DNA of 64,000 nt, taken from Calcarisporiella thermophila CBS 279.70. Lineage: Eukaryota > Fungi > Calcarisporiellomycota. The first letter of the stretch is position 1. Each line of letters starts with the position of its first letter. This document shows positions 13,415 through 26,006 of the stretch, one piece after another. Both the position numbers and the translations under genes were made by a program. The stretch spans positions 276,437 to 340,436 of the forward strand of contig NW_027192193.1 of NCBI RefSeq assembly GCF_041956535.1, given 5' to 3'. The notes below the pieces were generated by a model, which was not told the origin of the DNA, did no database searches, and saw only the letters and a program-made list of their open reading frames with translations.

Positions 13415-14854
13415 ATGTCAAACCTCTCGCGTACACTCCCTGGCTTTATCCAGATATCGCCTCGCATGGAGCAGCTGCTGGCGAAGCTAGAGGATTTTGT
13501 CACGGTGGGTGGGAATGGATGGGCTGACGAAGCATCGATTAATGGTAAACGTGTCTTTCCCTTTAGAATGACTGTATCCCCGCCGAAAAGCTCGCACGAT
13601 CCCAGCTGGGCACCGGAGAAAACCGCTGGAAAGTAAGTATACCTTTTGATTTGTTGGCATTCCGCGGATGTTTCTCACTCAGAGCCATCCCACCAGATCG
13701 TCCCGCCCGTATTACACCAGCTGAAAGAAAAGGCAAAATCGCTCGGCCTATGGAACCTCTTCCTCCCTCAAGACATTCCCGGCAGCCCCGGCCTCAGCAA
13801 TGTGGAGTATGCACTTTGTGCCGAGATTATGGGGCGCTCCGTGCTGCTTGCCCCCGAGGCCTGCAATTGCTCCGCCCCCGACACCGGCAACATGGAGCTG
13901 CTGGCCCGGTGTGGAAACGAGGAGCAGAAGCGCCGCTGGCTCGAGCCGCTTCTCCGTGGAGAGATTCGCAGCGCCTTTGCCATGACCGAGAAGAACGTGG
14001 CAAGCTCCGATGCCACCAACGTGCAGACCAGGATTGAGAGGCAGGGGAACGAGTATGTGATCAACGGCCACAAGTGGTGGATTTCCGGCGCAGGGAACCC
14101 GGAGTGCAAGGTGTTCTTGGTCATGGGGAAGACGGATCCCAGCGCCGCGAGGCACAAGCAGCAGAGCGTGGTCATTGTGCCGGCGGGGACGCCCGGGCTG
14201 ACCATTGTGCGCCCGATGGAGGTGTTCGGGTACGACGATGCGCCCGAGGGCCACTGCGAGGTGACGTTTGAGAATGTGCGGGTGCCCGTGGAGAACGTGC
14301 TCCTGGGCGAGGGGCGCGGCTTCGAGCTGGCGCAGACTCGGCTGGGCCCGGGGAGATTGCACCATTGCATGCGGGCGATCGGCGTCGCCGAGCGGGCGCT
14401 GGAGCTGATGCTGCTGCGGGTGACGGACGAGAGCCGGAAGACGTTTGGCAAGCTGCTCGTCCAGCACGGGACGGTGTTGAGCTGGGTGGCCCAGTCCCGG
14501 ATGGACATCGACCAGGCGAGGCTGCTCGTCCTCAACGCGGCCGCCATGGTGGATCGCGATGGGGCGAAGGCGGCTCGCAAGGCGATCAGTGTGGCGAAAA
14601 TCGTGGTGCCGAACGCGGTGCTTCGCGTCCTCGACCGAGCCATCCAGGCGTTTGGCGCGGGCGGCGTTAGCCAGGATTTCCCGCTCGCCCAAGCCTACGC
14701 GATGACGCGGACGTTGCGCATTGCGGATGGCCCCGACGAGGTGCATCAGCTCGTGGTGGGAGGCATGGAGCTCCGACGGGTCCCGGAGCTCCGCTCCGCC
14801 GATGAGCAGCGAAAGGCTCGAGAGCAGGAGATCTTTGCCAAGGCCAAGCTTTGA
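13415..14854 (+). CDS. Acyl-CoA dehydrogenase (ACAD10/11-like), likely peroxisomal
   Basis: Motifs [46 protein letters not shown] and [10 protein letters not shown]. Two 5' introns. C-terminal -AKL fits a PTS1 signal. Confidence 0.92.
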
Positions 14855-15376
14855 GCTGAGCATTGTACTAGTCATGGTTTTGCCTTAATATTTCATTTCG
14901 TCTCATCCCTTCCCTCTTCTCCCTCTTTTCCGTCCTCTCCGCCTTCTTCTCTCTTCTATGTAGGTTTGTTATACCAAGAATCGCCTCGCCTCTATTTAGT
15001 AGTGGTCATTATTATTATTATTAAAAAAAAAACGAATGAAACGCGATAATAAAAGAAAAGAAGCAAAAGAGACGAGAGAAAAAAAAAATGTACACAATTA
15101 AACATTATCAAGTGAATACTCCAGTTGCAGTATCCCCAAGATAAAAGAAAAAAATATCGATATACGAGATTAAAAAAAAAAATCAAACCGCATTTCAAAA
15201 CGTGCTCATATTCGAAAAAAAAAAAATCCTAACCGAATGGAGAGAAAGGAATTTGGAAAGAGAAGAGTCATCAGAGAAGCCATCAAGAGACCCCCGTGGG
15301 TGCAAGAATCAACATAAAAGGTGCAACCCACAGGCCAAAACCTTCAAACACAAAGGACCAACAAGTGATATCGTCA

Positions 15377-17014
15377 TTAAAACCGGGTATGCTCGCTCGA
15401 GCGGAATTTTGAAAACAGGGAGTTCGCCGCGTGGACCAGCGAGAGGGAAGCGTTTGCCTCGAGAAAGATAACCAAGCTTCCCGTCACGACCCCCACCACC
15501 GCCAGGAACATGGCCACCGCACCCATGGTCTCGTAGACCATTCCGCCCACCAAGCTTCCCAGTCCCGTGCCGATTCCCAAATACACCGCGGCAAAGAGCC
15601 CCTGGGAAGTCGCGCTCAGATGGGGGGGTGCGAATTCATCCGCGCGCTGCACTCCGGCCGCCCACAGCCCTGAAAATGCGACCCCATTAAGCAATTGCAG
15701 GGAGAGGGCCACCGTCGATCCAAACGGTCCGGGGGGCAGGATCGTATAGGCCAACGCGCGCACAATAGTCACCACGTGAGCGAGCAGGATGAGGAAGGAG
15801 CCGCCAAAATTCGAGAGCAGCTGCTTCGAGTAGAAAAAGAAGAGAAGCTCCGTCAATGCCGACATCGGGCCCGTCCAACCGAGCTGCGTGCCCGTGGCAT
15901 GGAGCGAGTGGCGCATAAACAGGAACAGGAAGCTGTTGATCATGCTGAGAGCCATGGCCATGAGGAGCATGTTGGAGAGGAACAGGATCATCCGGGTGTC
16001 GTTCACGAGGTCCCACACCGTTTCCGGGCACGCCGCCGGGATCTCGTAGGGCTCGGCCTGGACGCTGAGGAGGGTGGACTTGGGCAGCGGAGGGGGCGCG
16101 GGGATCTCCACGGAAATGTCGTCGTCCTTGAACGACGCATTGCAAGTGGTGTAGAGGGTGGTGGAGGAGTTGGTGGCCGATAATGAGCACACCTCGTCCT
16201 GCTCGTCATGGCACACGACGATTTCCCCCATCCCTTCGTCCTGCTGCTCCTCCTCCACCATCACGGGGATCGAGTGGTAGTAGCCAGTGCGCCTCCCCGC
16301 CATCCGCGCCAAGTAATCGATGGTGCTCTTCACCGAGCTGGAGCTATAGTTGTGCAGACGGTGGTGCAGCGGGGAGCTCACCAGGAGCGGCTGCTTCTCC
16401 TCCAGCATTTCCGCCGCGGGCGCGGGGGCAAACCGAGTAACGCAGCAGAGCCCGACGTAGGCGGCAAGGGCATGGAGCATGGCATAGAACACGACATTGA
16501 TGTCGCCCGTCTTCTCGATGAGCACGCCGATGTAGAGCTGGGTCAGGCCGCACGACACAGAACCCCAGAGGCGCTGCCGCCCGTAGAGCTCCTTGTCCAC
16601 GTCGAGGATTTTGAGCACCCCCGAGTCGGTCAAGGACTGCAGGGGAATCCCAAAAAAGGACCACCCGATGTTGGCCAGCGTCACCAAGGCGACGGTATAC
16701 AGCAAGCGCTCACCGCCCTGCCACCCAAACAGATTCTGAGCCATGGGCACGAGCGAGAGCAAGAAGATCGACAGGGCCGCGAGGAGAGCAATCATGGCCA
16801 TAAGGGAGCGATGGCCGCCCGTTCGGTCCGCAAGCGATGTCCACACGGGGCAGGCGAGCGCGGAAACAAAGGGCGCAATCGCGAAGACCACGCCGACCAT
16901 GTACGAGGGCAGGCCAAGGGTTTCTTTGTAAAATATAGCAAGGTATACGGTGCTACCCATGGCCGCAAACAGCGCCGAGTAGATGAGCTTGGGCAACAGG
17001 TACATATTGATCAT
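15377..17014 (-). CDS. MFS transporter (MFSD6/MFS_1_like)
   Basis: About 12 hydrophobic segments in two bundles with a hydrophilic central loop. Motifs WTSLADRTG, YGRQRLWGS, ELLFFFYS and ATSQGLF..VYLGIGTGLGSLVGG. First ATG at 17014; no introns. Confidence 0.88.
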   Translation of the reverse strand: MINMYLLPKLIYSALFAAMGSTVYLAIFYKETLGLPSYMVGVVFAIAPFVSALACPVWTSLADRTGGHRSLMAMIALLAALSIFLLSLVPMAQNLFGWQGGERLLYTVALVTLANIGWSFFGIPLQSLTDSGVLKILDVDKELYGRQRLWGSVSCGLTQLYIGVLIEKTGDINVVFYAMLHALAAYVGLCCVTRFAPAPAAEMLEEKQPLLVSSPLHHRLHNYSSSSVKSTIDYLARMAGRRTGYYHSIPVMVEEEQQDEGMGEIVVCHDEQDEVCSLSATNSSTTLYTTCNASFKDDDISVEIPAPPPLPKSTLLSVQAEPYEIPAACPETVWDLVNDTRMILFLSNMLLMAMALSMINSFLFLFMRHSLHATGTQLGWTGPMSALTELLFFFYSKQLLSNFGGSFLILLAHVVTIVRALAYTILPPGPFGSTVALSLQLLNGVAFSGLWAAGVQRADEFAPPHLSATSQGLFAAVYLGIGTGLGSLVGGMVYETMGAVAMFLAVVGVVTGSLVIFLEANASLSLVHAANSLFSKFRSSEHTRF

Positions 17015-18585
17015 GAAAATGGGCTGGATCACCAGAACAGATGATAGAATATGAATCTAGAGAATCAAGCGTATACGATGGAGCGGCAGAGCTCGGTGGT
17101 TATCACTTGTGGTATCACACGGTCTTGGGGGGGGTCTCTTGAAATGCTTGCTCCTCCTCCTCTTCACTCGATGGACACTACGGTTGTTTGGTCTGGGCAA
17201 GAAAGGCACACGCGCACCTCAAAGAAAGGCTTGCGGAGAATGCAGCAGGCAGAATCACGAGGGGGTGAAGGAGATGGGGCGCGGGCGGAGGAGCGGGCGC
17301 GGGAGAGGGGGAGAGGAGGGAGCCTGCGGGCCAGGGCCGCTCCTTTAATTTATACTGGGAAGGGGAAATTTTATCTTGGACGGAGTAGGAATTCGATAAC
17401 GCAAAACGCGCACCGTTCCTAATTCCGGCATAACGCGTCGGCTTGGGAGATCCTGTCTCGAACGGTCCAAAATCACCGCATCCAACGCTTTTCATTTCCT
17501 GCATGGACTCTGAAAAGCGAGGGATTTTTGGGCGATTTGGCCGGCCGCACACGTGTGCGTGGCAAATGGCATCCCATGGCCACCCGCTTCATAAATGTTT
17601 ACGCGGGCTGAATTGGCGTGCTTCTAAAAATACGCAGGGGCCCTGGCGTGGGCCCTCTGGGGGCGTGCCGGGTCGCGGATCGAGGAGCAAGCATGGGCCG
17701 CAGTAGCAGACGAAGCGCGCATGCCATCCTCCCCGCCGGATATCTTATCGCCCTCTGCCTTGGCCGGCTCCTGGCCTTCATGCGCATTTTAGCTTTGCGG
17801 CCGACCGCCAGGATTTGGCCACCCGGCGCCTGAGTGGTGCCTGCGGGCCTTGCATCTAACCGGATATTGCTGGACTGGGCCTATTTTCCTGCCCCAATCC
17901 AGCTCATGCCGCCCTGCATTCATGCACTGCGCCCAGGATGCCAACCGGTAGGGCCCTCCTCAGACTGGTCCAGAACAGAGGCCATTAGAGCTTGCATCGA
18001 TTCATGTGCGGGAGATCGCATGCCTGAATTGACTTGTCTTGAACGGGCCTTCAATTGCTTGCAGCCAAAGCCCCCGTAGCGCTGCAAGATAATCACAACA
18101 CCACCAGCGATGGATGGCAACAGCGGCCCCTGAATGGGAGTGTCGTGTCAATAAAGCCTAAGCTTTAGGGTTTATTATGGTAAGACTTCACAAGCTATTA
18201 GCTCAGTCTTAGCCCAAGCATTCACGTACCTGTGTAATATAGCCCAGCTTGAGACCACATGGGCAGGAAAGCACCCAGACCAAAATGATGCACGAGATAT
18301 CATGGGGGAAGGATGAAAAGGATCCTTTTCCCTCCTCATAATATTTTGCAGTGACATACAACCCTGGGCAAGATAGTCACAAGAGCGTGCGCAACTAGAC
18401 TCGTCACCCTCTCTCCCTCAATCCTGCCATGAAAGACGTCCATGATATAAATTTTGTTTATTTTAAAGGACCTCACGAGGATATATTAATTCGATACAAT
18501 AATAATGAAAATCAAGAATTTCAGGCAAAATGTATAAACGGAAATTTACAGTCCCAATAAAAAAATAAAGGAAATGAACATAGTC

Positions 18586-20021
18586 TCAGGTCGCCCCATC
18601 AGTGGAGCCAGAAGCCTGGTCGCTTCTGGTGGGATGGGCTCGCACCGTCTTTAGGCTTAGTCGCTCCTTACTCATCTTTGGCGTAAGAACGCCTTTTAGT
18701 TGACCCTCGCCCCCACGCTCACCACCCTCTCCCCCATCTTCACCCGCCTCGCGCTCGCCCCCCGCCCGGATTGGTTGCCTGGTTGCCGCGCCCATGTCCC
18801 CTATGGCAAGACCCTCCACCATCCTCCTCGCATCCTCCTCCGGCCCATCCGCGTTCTCGCCGTTCACCGAAGAACCCCTCTGCACTCGCAGCAGGGCCAG
18901 CTCATTCTCGACGGCTTCGCTTCGCCTTACGTGCCCTTCCAACACCTCCCTCATCCTTTCGTGCTCCGTCCGCCAGTGCTCTTCCCTCTCGTGGAGCAGT
19001 CGCTCCAGCTGCTGGACCTGGCCTCGGAGCTCTGCCGTCTCGTGATCGTGGCTGACGATATTGTCCTGCATTTGCTGCCTAAGCTGCTCGATGTGCACTC
19101 GGTGGCCGTCGAGGAGGCGGATGTTGTTGTTGAGCTCCTTGGTGTGCGCAATAAGCTTTCGGTTCAATTTCTCGATATGTTCATTCTGGGCGGGAGTATC
19201 AACATGAGTCGTAACCTCTTCTTCGGTCCCCAACTGAAGATGCATTTCAACCACTCACCTTTTCTTTTAGCTTGCCCAGCAATTCTCCATTTTGGCGCTG
19301 TGCCTCGCCCAGTTTGCGTTGGGTATCGGCTAAATTCCTCTCTAAATTCGAGCATTGCGATGTCAATGCGGACACCAAATTGGTTCCCTCCTCTAACAGC
19401 ATCTCGTTGGATCGATATCGCTCCGCAATGTCCGCATACTGGGCCAACTTGGTCTCGAGTACAGCAATGGTTTGCTGTTGAGCGTGGACAATATCCTCGA
19501 CCGATGCGGGGACACCCTGGGCAATGCCAAGCAAAGGCTCAGGGGGATGGATGGGGTCGGCGTATCGCGCGGAGGGCGAGAAGGAAAGATGATCTATCGA
19601 CGATCGGGGGGAGGTGTTGCGATGGATGAAGTTGGATCTAAATAGAGTGGAACCAGCCGAATAGTAAGCATTCCCCTGGCCTTTGGAGGAAGGGGGAAGG
19701 ATTTGGGGGGCTGAAAAACAAATGCTGAGAAGAATGGCACCTACAAATAATCATCGGAGGATGCGTCTTGGCCGGTTAAACGCGGAGATGTATGCGAAGA
19801 TTCCGACGCGATGCTCGATGGGTTGCTGGGTGCACGAGGGCGTAGCTGGATGCCATTCTGGAAAGATTCGGTGTCGCTTGATCGCTTTCTATACGCTTTC
19901 TAGATTGGAAATGGGCAAGAGAAAGCGGTATCAGTAACATGTCGATGCCATGGATCGATCGAAGGGGTGGGGAGGAGGCGGGACGGCTTACTTTTCTTCT
20001 GGCAGCCCCCGAGGCATCCAT
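18586..20021 (-). CDS. Coiled-coil protein of unknown function (4 exons)
   Basis: MDASGAARRK|gtaagc start, with in-frame GT-AG splicing to a Ser-rich exon and to the 19247-19534 and 18586-19254 ORFs, which are heptad-rich in E/Q/L/R. Confidence 0.6.
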
Positions 20022-20280
20022 GCTAGAGTCAAGGAATAAATTAAAATGCAGAATAAGCGTGGATAGAAAAGCGAGTAGGGGCAGGGTCTAGCGTGAATAT
20101 GAATTGAGTGCGGAGAACTATCCGCCACTCGATTGGAACACGGGACTCATCGACGTTTATGGGTGACGTATTGTAACGAAAACAAATAGCTTTGGTAAGT
20201 ATTGCAAATCCTGGCGGAGCTTAAACTTTTTATATTGTGCTAAAAATGAATTTGGTAACATTTGGATTCTTCCGAAATAA

Positions 20281-21189
20281 GGGGGAGAGGGAGGAGGGGG
20301 AGGAGGGGGAGGAGGGGAGGNNNNNNNNNNNNNNNNNNNNNNNNNNNNNNNNNNNNNNNNNNNNNNNNNNNNNNNNNNNNNNNNNNNNNNNNNNNNNNNN
20401 NNNNNNNNNNNNNNNNNNNNNNNNNNNNNNNNNNNNNNNNNNNNNNNNNNNNNNNNNNNNNNNNNNNNNNNNNNNNNNNNNNNNNNNNNNNNNNNNNNNN
20501 NNNNNNNNNNNNNNNNNNNNNNNNNNNNNNNNNNNNNNNNNNNNNNNNNNNNNNNNNNNNNNNNNNNNNNNNNNNNNNNNNNNNNNNNNNNNNNNNNNNN
20601 NNNNNNNNNNNNNNNNNNNNNNNNNNNNNNNNNNNNNNNNNNNNNNNNNNNNNNNNNNNNNNNNNNNNNNNNNNNNNNNNNNNNNNNNNNNNNNNNNNNN
20701 NNNNNNNNNNNNNNNNNNNNNNNNNNNNNNNNNNNNNNNNNNNNNNNNNNNNNNNNNNNNNNNNNNNNNNNNNNNNNNNNNNNNNNNNNNNNNNNNNNNN
20801 NNNNNNNNNNNNNNNNNNNNNNNNNNNNNNNNNNNNNNNNNNNNNNNNNNNNNNNNNNNNNNNNNNNNNNNNNNNNNNNNNNNNNNNNNNNNNNNNNNNN
20901 NNNNNNNNNNNNNNNNNNNNNNNNNNNNNNNNNNNNNNNNNNNNNNNNNNNNNNNNNNNNNNNNNNNNNNNNNNNNNNNNNNNNNNNNNNNNNNNNNNNN
21001 NNNNNNNNNNNNNNNNNNNNNNNNNNNNNNNNNNNNNNNNNNNNNNNNNNNNNNNNNNNNNNNNNNNNNNNNNNNNNNNNNNNNNNNNNNNNNNNNNNNN
21101 NNNNNNNNNNNNNNNNNNNNNNNNNNNNNNNNNNNNNNNNNNNNNNNNNNNNNNNNNNNNNNNNNNNNNNNNNNNNNGGGGGAGAGGGA
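20281..21189. repeat. Polypurine (GGAGGAGGG-like) simple repeat flanking an 857-N assembly gap (20321-21177)
   Basis: Pure G/A runs abut the N block on both sides. Confidence 0.85.
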
Positions 21190-21305
21190 TATTGAAATAA
21201 AATACATGATAGAATGGAGCCTGGAGTAGTACTGAAAAATGACCTTGGGTTACAAATTATCACCAATATAATGGAAATCAGTATTTTGTGGACGGAGATG
21301 GGCAT

Positions 21306-22513
21306 CTAGAGCAGAAGGCTGGCAAGCAGGCCCGAGAATGCCACCCAGCCCATTCCAGCGGCGAGACTTCCAGCGGCGCTGTTGCTCACGGTGTTAGTAG
21401 GCTGCGTCGTATTGAGCATACCCTGCGGAGGCAGTAGCACTGAATCAATCACATGAATAACTCCATTGGCCGTGAGCAGGTTGGGCCACTCCACGTTCGC
21501 GGACTTGTTGCGTGCGTCGCGCAGCACCACACCTGAGTCTCTCAGGAGGGCTGTCACATTTCCCCCTTGCACCGTTTTGATGGTGAGGTTGTTGGTGATT
21601 AGATTCGAATAGTAGATATCGGGGTGCACCAGGTGGTATTTGAGCACGTTTGCAATCTCGGTGTCATTCAATCCGCCCAGATCGGCCTTGCTGAACGCAT
21701 CGTTGGTGGGAGCAAACAGCGTGATTCCGGTAAAGTTGTTAAGAGTCTGCGTGAGGTTGGTTTGATCGAGCAGCGACTCCAGTCTGGTCAGCTTCGCCTG
21801 GTGCAGCACGTCGGTCGCATTCTTTGGGATCTCCAAGAGCTAATGGCATACAAGGGAGGGGGGGAAGGGGTATGAATGGATGCCTTTCACATGGATTCTC
21901 TTTGGGCCGTTGGCCATTCGACACCTACCTTATCGATGATATGGACTACTCCGTTCTTGAAAATCGTGTCTGCCTGCTGTACCTTGGCTGCATCGATGCC
22001 GTAGTTGATGAACATGCCAGTGTCGTTTTTGATGACGCCTACGACCTGGTGGCCTCCGTTGGGGAGGTTCACGAGGGTCTTGTTGTCCAGTAGGGTCTGC
22101 ACATGGCTGATGCTGTTGTTGAGCTGGTCATTGCGCCAAGCGCCCTGGACGATATGGTATTTGATGATGTTGGAGAGGGTCGTGTTGTCGATGCTCTGGA
22201 GGGAGGAGAGCTGAGTCGTCGCGGGATTTGGCCTAAGGGAAGCAACCAAGAGCAGATCAGTCTTGCTTGGATGCGCAAAGCGAATGAGCTCGAAGAATAC
22301 TCACGCAAAGACCGTATAGTTCTTGGAGGTGTCGTTGAGAGCGTCCGAGAGGTTAGCGCGCTGTAAGATCCCAGCCAGCTGTGCAAACTGCTCATTTTGA
22401 CCCGCAGCCGCGGTGAGCGCTTGTACAATGGTCAAATTTTCCGTGGGCTGCTGCTGTGCAAGAACAGGCGCGAACACGGCTAGGCCACACAAGAGGATGC
22501 TCGTGAAATGCAT
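21306..22513 (-). CDS. Fasciclin (two FAS1 domains) cell-surface protein, probably GPI-anchored
   Basis: Signal peptide. FAS1 motifs YTVFA(P), KYHIV, NGVVHIIDKV, TLFAPTNDAF and NGVIHVIDSVLLP. Many N-glycosylation sequons, hydrophobic C-terminus, two introns. Confidence 0.9.
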
Positions 22514-24189
22514 AGTTACAGATGGGTGGTGTGGAGCGAGGCGGGAGGTACTAACTGCAAGAGGAGGGCGCGCGGTTAGAGAGAAGGACGAGAAAAAAGT
22601 GAAAAACGGATGAAAAAGGTGAAGCTCGAAAAATGCATTTATACCACATGCAGCCGTAAGGGCGTAGTGCTTAGAATGGAAGAGAGAGAGGGGGTTGCCA
22701 CCGAGGAAAATTCTGCGAAACCGTTCGCAATCTTAGGGTTCCTCCCCCCTTCATACAGTGCAGTATTTGTGCTAGCATCACGCAGGCGGAAGGGATTTGT
22801 CAGAGGCCATTTGGCCGATATGGAATGCGGGCATAACTCTAGACAACGTCGGGAGGAAACGAATGATTTCTGATTGCAAAATATGCTCTCGGCCATGATG
22901 CCATTCCTCTTTCTCTTTGGAAGGGAGGAATCCCGATAGATCGCGATCTTTTCGCCCTCTTGGCAGACGGGCATCCCCCCCCCCTCCAAAATCGGCCCTG
23001 TCTGCAAACTCTAATAGCATTTTCGTTCAACTCCGATGGGCAAAATCGAGCCAACGAATTATACACTCGTCGCGGATAGCTGCTCATGACCATGTTATCT
23101 CAGCTATCATCCGGCATATTAGATCGCCGAGGCCTTTACACGAGCAGTACTATGGTGGGACAAGCAGAAATGGGAGGAATGTGATGGAAGCTTGGATATG
23201 AAAAAGTCCAATTTCGTGCTTGACTATTCTGGGGTGTGTTTAGCCACCACTACTATCACCAGAGAAGGATAACAGGAGAGACCTCTTAAGATGGAAGAGT
23301 TTAAAGCGGCACCAGCTGGAGAGTTATGGCTACTCAAACTATGTTATCGGTGCTACACAACCTAAAAGATAGTGATATTTCCTCTTCATAATGTCATATT
23401 GTCAATCCCCTTACATAACCTTGTCAATTTTTCTATCTCCAAAGTGTGTTCCCCTGAAAACAATTTCTGACGCCGGCGTGACTGGAAATTATATCATGGC
23501 ATTGATGCGAGTAACGTAAGGATATGCGATAGTGGGAACTGAGCCAAGATCGTGATATTATCCTCAAGATCTCTCCTACGCCTCCCTGAATTCTTATATT
23601 CATGCAGTAGACCCTGATGATAATTCTCCATTGGGAAGCAAAGCAATACAAGATGAGTTGGCTGGGCAAACCGTTGCATAACAGATTCAATGAGCCCTCA
23701 AAAGTACCGTGGAAATAATGAGGAGAGGGAGGGATATCCAATGCTGCCCCAATTCCATCATATACGCCTTTCTACTATATCACAGAATTTATCTGTTGTA
23801 ATCCTAATCCTTTCCCTTGTCTATTCATTCCAGCTGTGTTATTGGGATGGCAATTAAAAGCTCTAGGTCAAATTAAGCTGTAATCTTAGAGTGGATAATG
23901 GCGAGCCGCAGAAAATAAAATAAATTGTTAAAATATCCCATCTACCCAGAGAGACGGTAGACTTTTTCATAGGTTGAAACGGCGACCACTAGGTCAATCG
24001 ATGTTGCCTTTTCAGCCGAATGGATTATCCATGCGTTAATCCATACGAAAATGTTGGAGCGGTTATTTTCTTTTATGTTTATAGCATCATATATCAAGTT
24101 TGCGACAAAAAATGCAGAGCATAGAGAATATGGATTCTATTCACATTATTCAAATAGGATTCTTTTTTTTTTTACAAGAAGGTTTATCT

Positions 24190-24409
24190 CTAGAAGTATT
24201 GCTTCGCATACTCGATCGCGTAAGGGGCTATTAGAAGTTAAAAATAATCAATAAACATATCGAAATCTTGAGTAGCCAAAGGCCGGTGACTCACCGATGC
24301 GGATGGCAACCACGATCTTCACAAAATTAGAGATGGCATTCAAGGTTCTCCTCCGGTTCTCAGCCTTCTCTTCTTCGGTCAATTTTGGGGGGGCCTGAGG
24401 CATAAACAT
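24190..24409 (-). CDS. TOM5: Mitochondrial outer-membrane translocase subunit Tom5 (50 aa, 2 exons)
   Basis: Exons 24409-24295 and 24227-24190 give MFMPQAPPKLTEEEKAENRRRTLNAISNFVKIVVAIRIAPYAIEYAKQYF. This matches the Tom5 pattern: MF start, acidic EEE, TM segment with a conserved Pro. Not in the ORF track. Confidence 0.8.
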
Positions 24410-24656
24410 GTTATATTATAGCTTTCGTGCTATTGTGCAATACTAGTTTCATTAGAATAAAAAAGCTCATAACTCGATTGGAGAATTCAATCACTTACAA
24501 ATAGGATACGATCAGGAATCGATTGCGAACAACAATAAGGGCCCTAGGCTTGCCGTTGTATGGATGGGAAGTGGCGCAGTTTATTTATGCTACTTTGGCC
24601 ACCCATTCTCCTCGCCTGGGCCACTTCGAGAATAGAGAGTAGAACGAATAAAGAAA

Positions 24657-25781
24657 ATGCATCGCTGGGGATCCCTAATTGTGCGATCGGCCTCTAGTTT
24701 ACGAACGCCATCGCGTGTACGATCTACTGTATTACGTACATACTCTACGAATGACAATGCAGCAATCAAAGGTAATGTCATGGCTATATGCTTATTAAGT
24801 GGAGAGGAGGCATCTAATTTTGCTCTGTACGGGCACAGTTAGCGAGAAGACGATGCGGCGCTTCTGGAAGACAGCCACGGTCCACGAAATGGAGGGCAAG
24901 TTAACTGTGGCACTCGATGGTCGTCCCATCAAGACTCCAGATGGCCAGAAAATCCTCCTTACCTCTGGACAGCGCCCTCTAGCAGGGCTGTTGGCCGCCG
25001 AGTGGGATAGTCAGGCTCGTGTGTTGAAGACGCACTCACTCCCTTTAACTTCACTGGTTGCGCGCGCCATCGACGGATTCTCAAAGGAAAATGGCGAGGA
25101 GAAGAAGGAGGCTATTGAAAGACTGATGAAATATTTGGATACCGATGCCGTATGGTAAAGACCTTACCCCTCCCCACTCTACCTCTACACACTTGCCACC
25201 AAGTTGCTAATTGATTTCTTTTTCTATGTTGGCCAGCTTTCACGAAGAATTCCCCGAGTCTCTTGTTAAGCTGCAGACCCAATATTGGGATCCTATCATC
25301 GCTTGGGCCCGAAAAGAATTCAACGTCACCATACGCAAACAGGAGGGTATATTGGCTACCGGCCAACCCGAAGAGACTCACCAAGCCATGCGGTCTATCG
25401 TTGAATCGCTCAGTCCTCTTGAGCTAGCTGGTAGGGATGGAGTTGTCCATTGAACGGGACTTATGCGATGCTAACCTCACTCTCCTTGCCAATGATGGTA
25501 GCATTCGAGCGAGCAACCATGGTGACAAAATCCTTTTTGACCGCTTTGGCCCTGGTCAAGCGCGCAATTTCCCTGGAGCATGCAGCGCAGGCGGCGCATG
25601 TCGAGGTCAACTGGCAGATCGAGCGATGGGGCGAGGTGGAAGATAGTAAGTTCCAACCCCCCATTCCCATTTTTTATATATTGAGGTATTAACCTATTAA
25701 CGTGCTGTATCCTTAGCTCACGACGTGGATCGGGAGGAGGTGAGGCGGCAACTAGGATCATGTGTGTGCGCGCTTTTGTAA
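24657..25781 (+). CDS. ATP12: Mitochondrial F1-ATPase assembly chaperone Atp12
   Basis: Arg/Ser-rich presequence; motifs RRFWK, VALDGRPIKTP, AAEWDSQ, YLDTD, EVNWQIERWGEVED and HDVD. Multi-exon; TAA at 25779-25781. Confidence 0.92.
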
Positions 25782-26006
25782 TATTTGTTTCTGTCCTCTT
25801 CTTTAATAGACCCTTCAAAAATACATACCTCTCCAAAAAAAAAATCCCCTTTTTCGATTCTTTATGAAGTGTGCCAAGCCACATTCTGACGATAGAATTT
25901 CTGGTCGACGGGGCAACTTTTTGTTCGTCGCGTCCCATCCCTTCTTCGTATTCCATCACTTATTCTCGGGGGGAGAGCTAGAAAGAAATCTATATAATTA
26001 ACCATC

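Noticed and set aside
11201-17044. Long antisense and alternate-frame ORFs over the deacetylase, dehydrogenase and MFS genes
   Set aside because: Expected shadows of high-GC3 coding sequence; no independent motifs.
20157-21305. Four long ORFs in the ORF track
   Set aside because: Artefacts of translating through the N gap.
8481-22513. Functional cluster of cell-surface genes (secreted peptide, Mid2-like protein, deacetylase, fasciclin)
   Set aside because: Interspersed with unrelated genes; no shared regulatory motif seen.
23430-23760. Protein-looking plus-strand frame with scattered stops (possible pseudogene)
   Set aside because: About four stops in 100 codons is what random sequence gives; no family motif.
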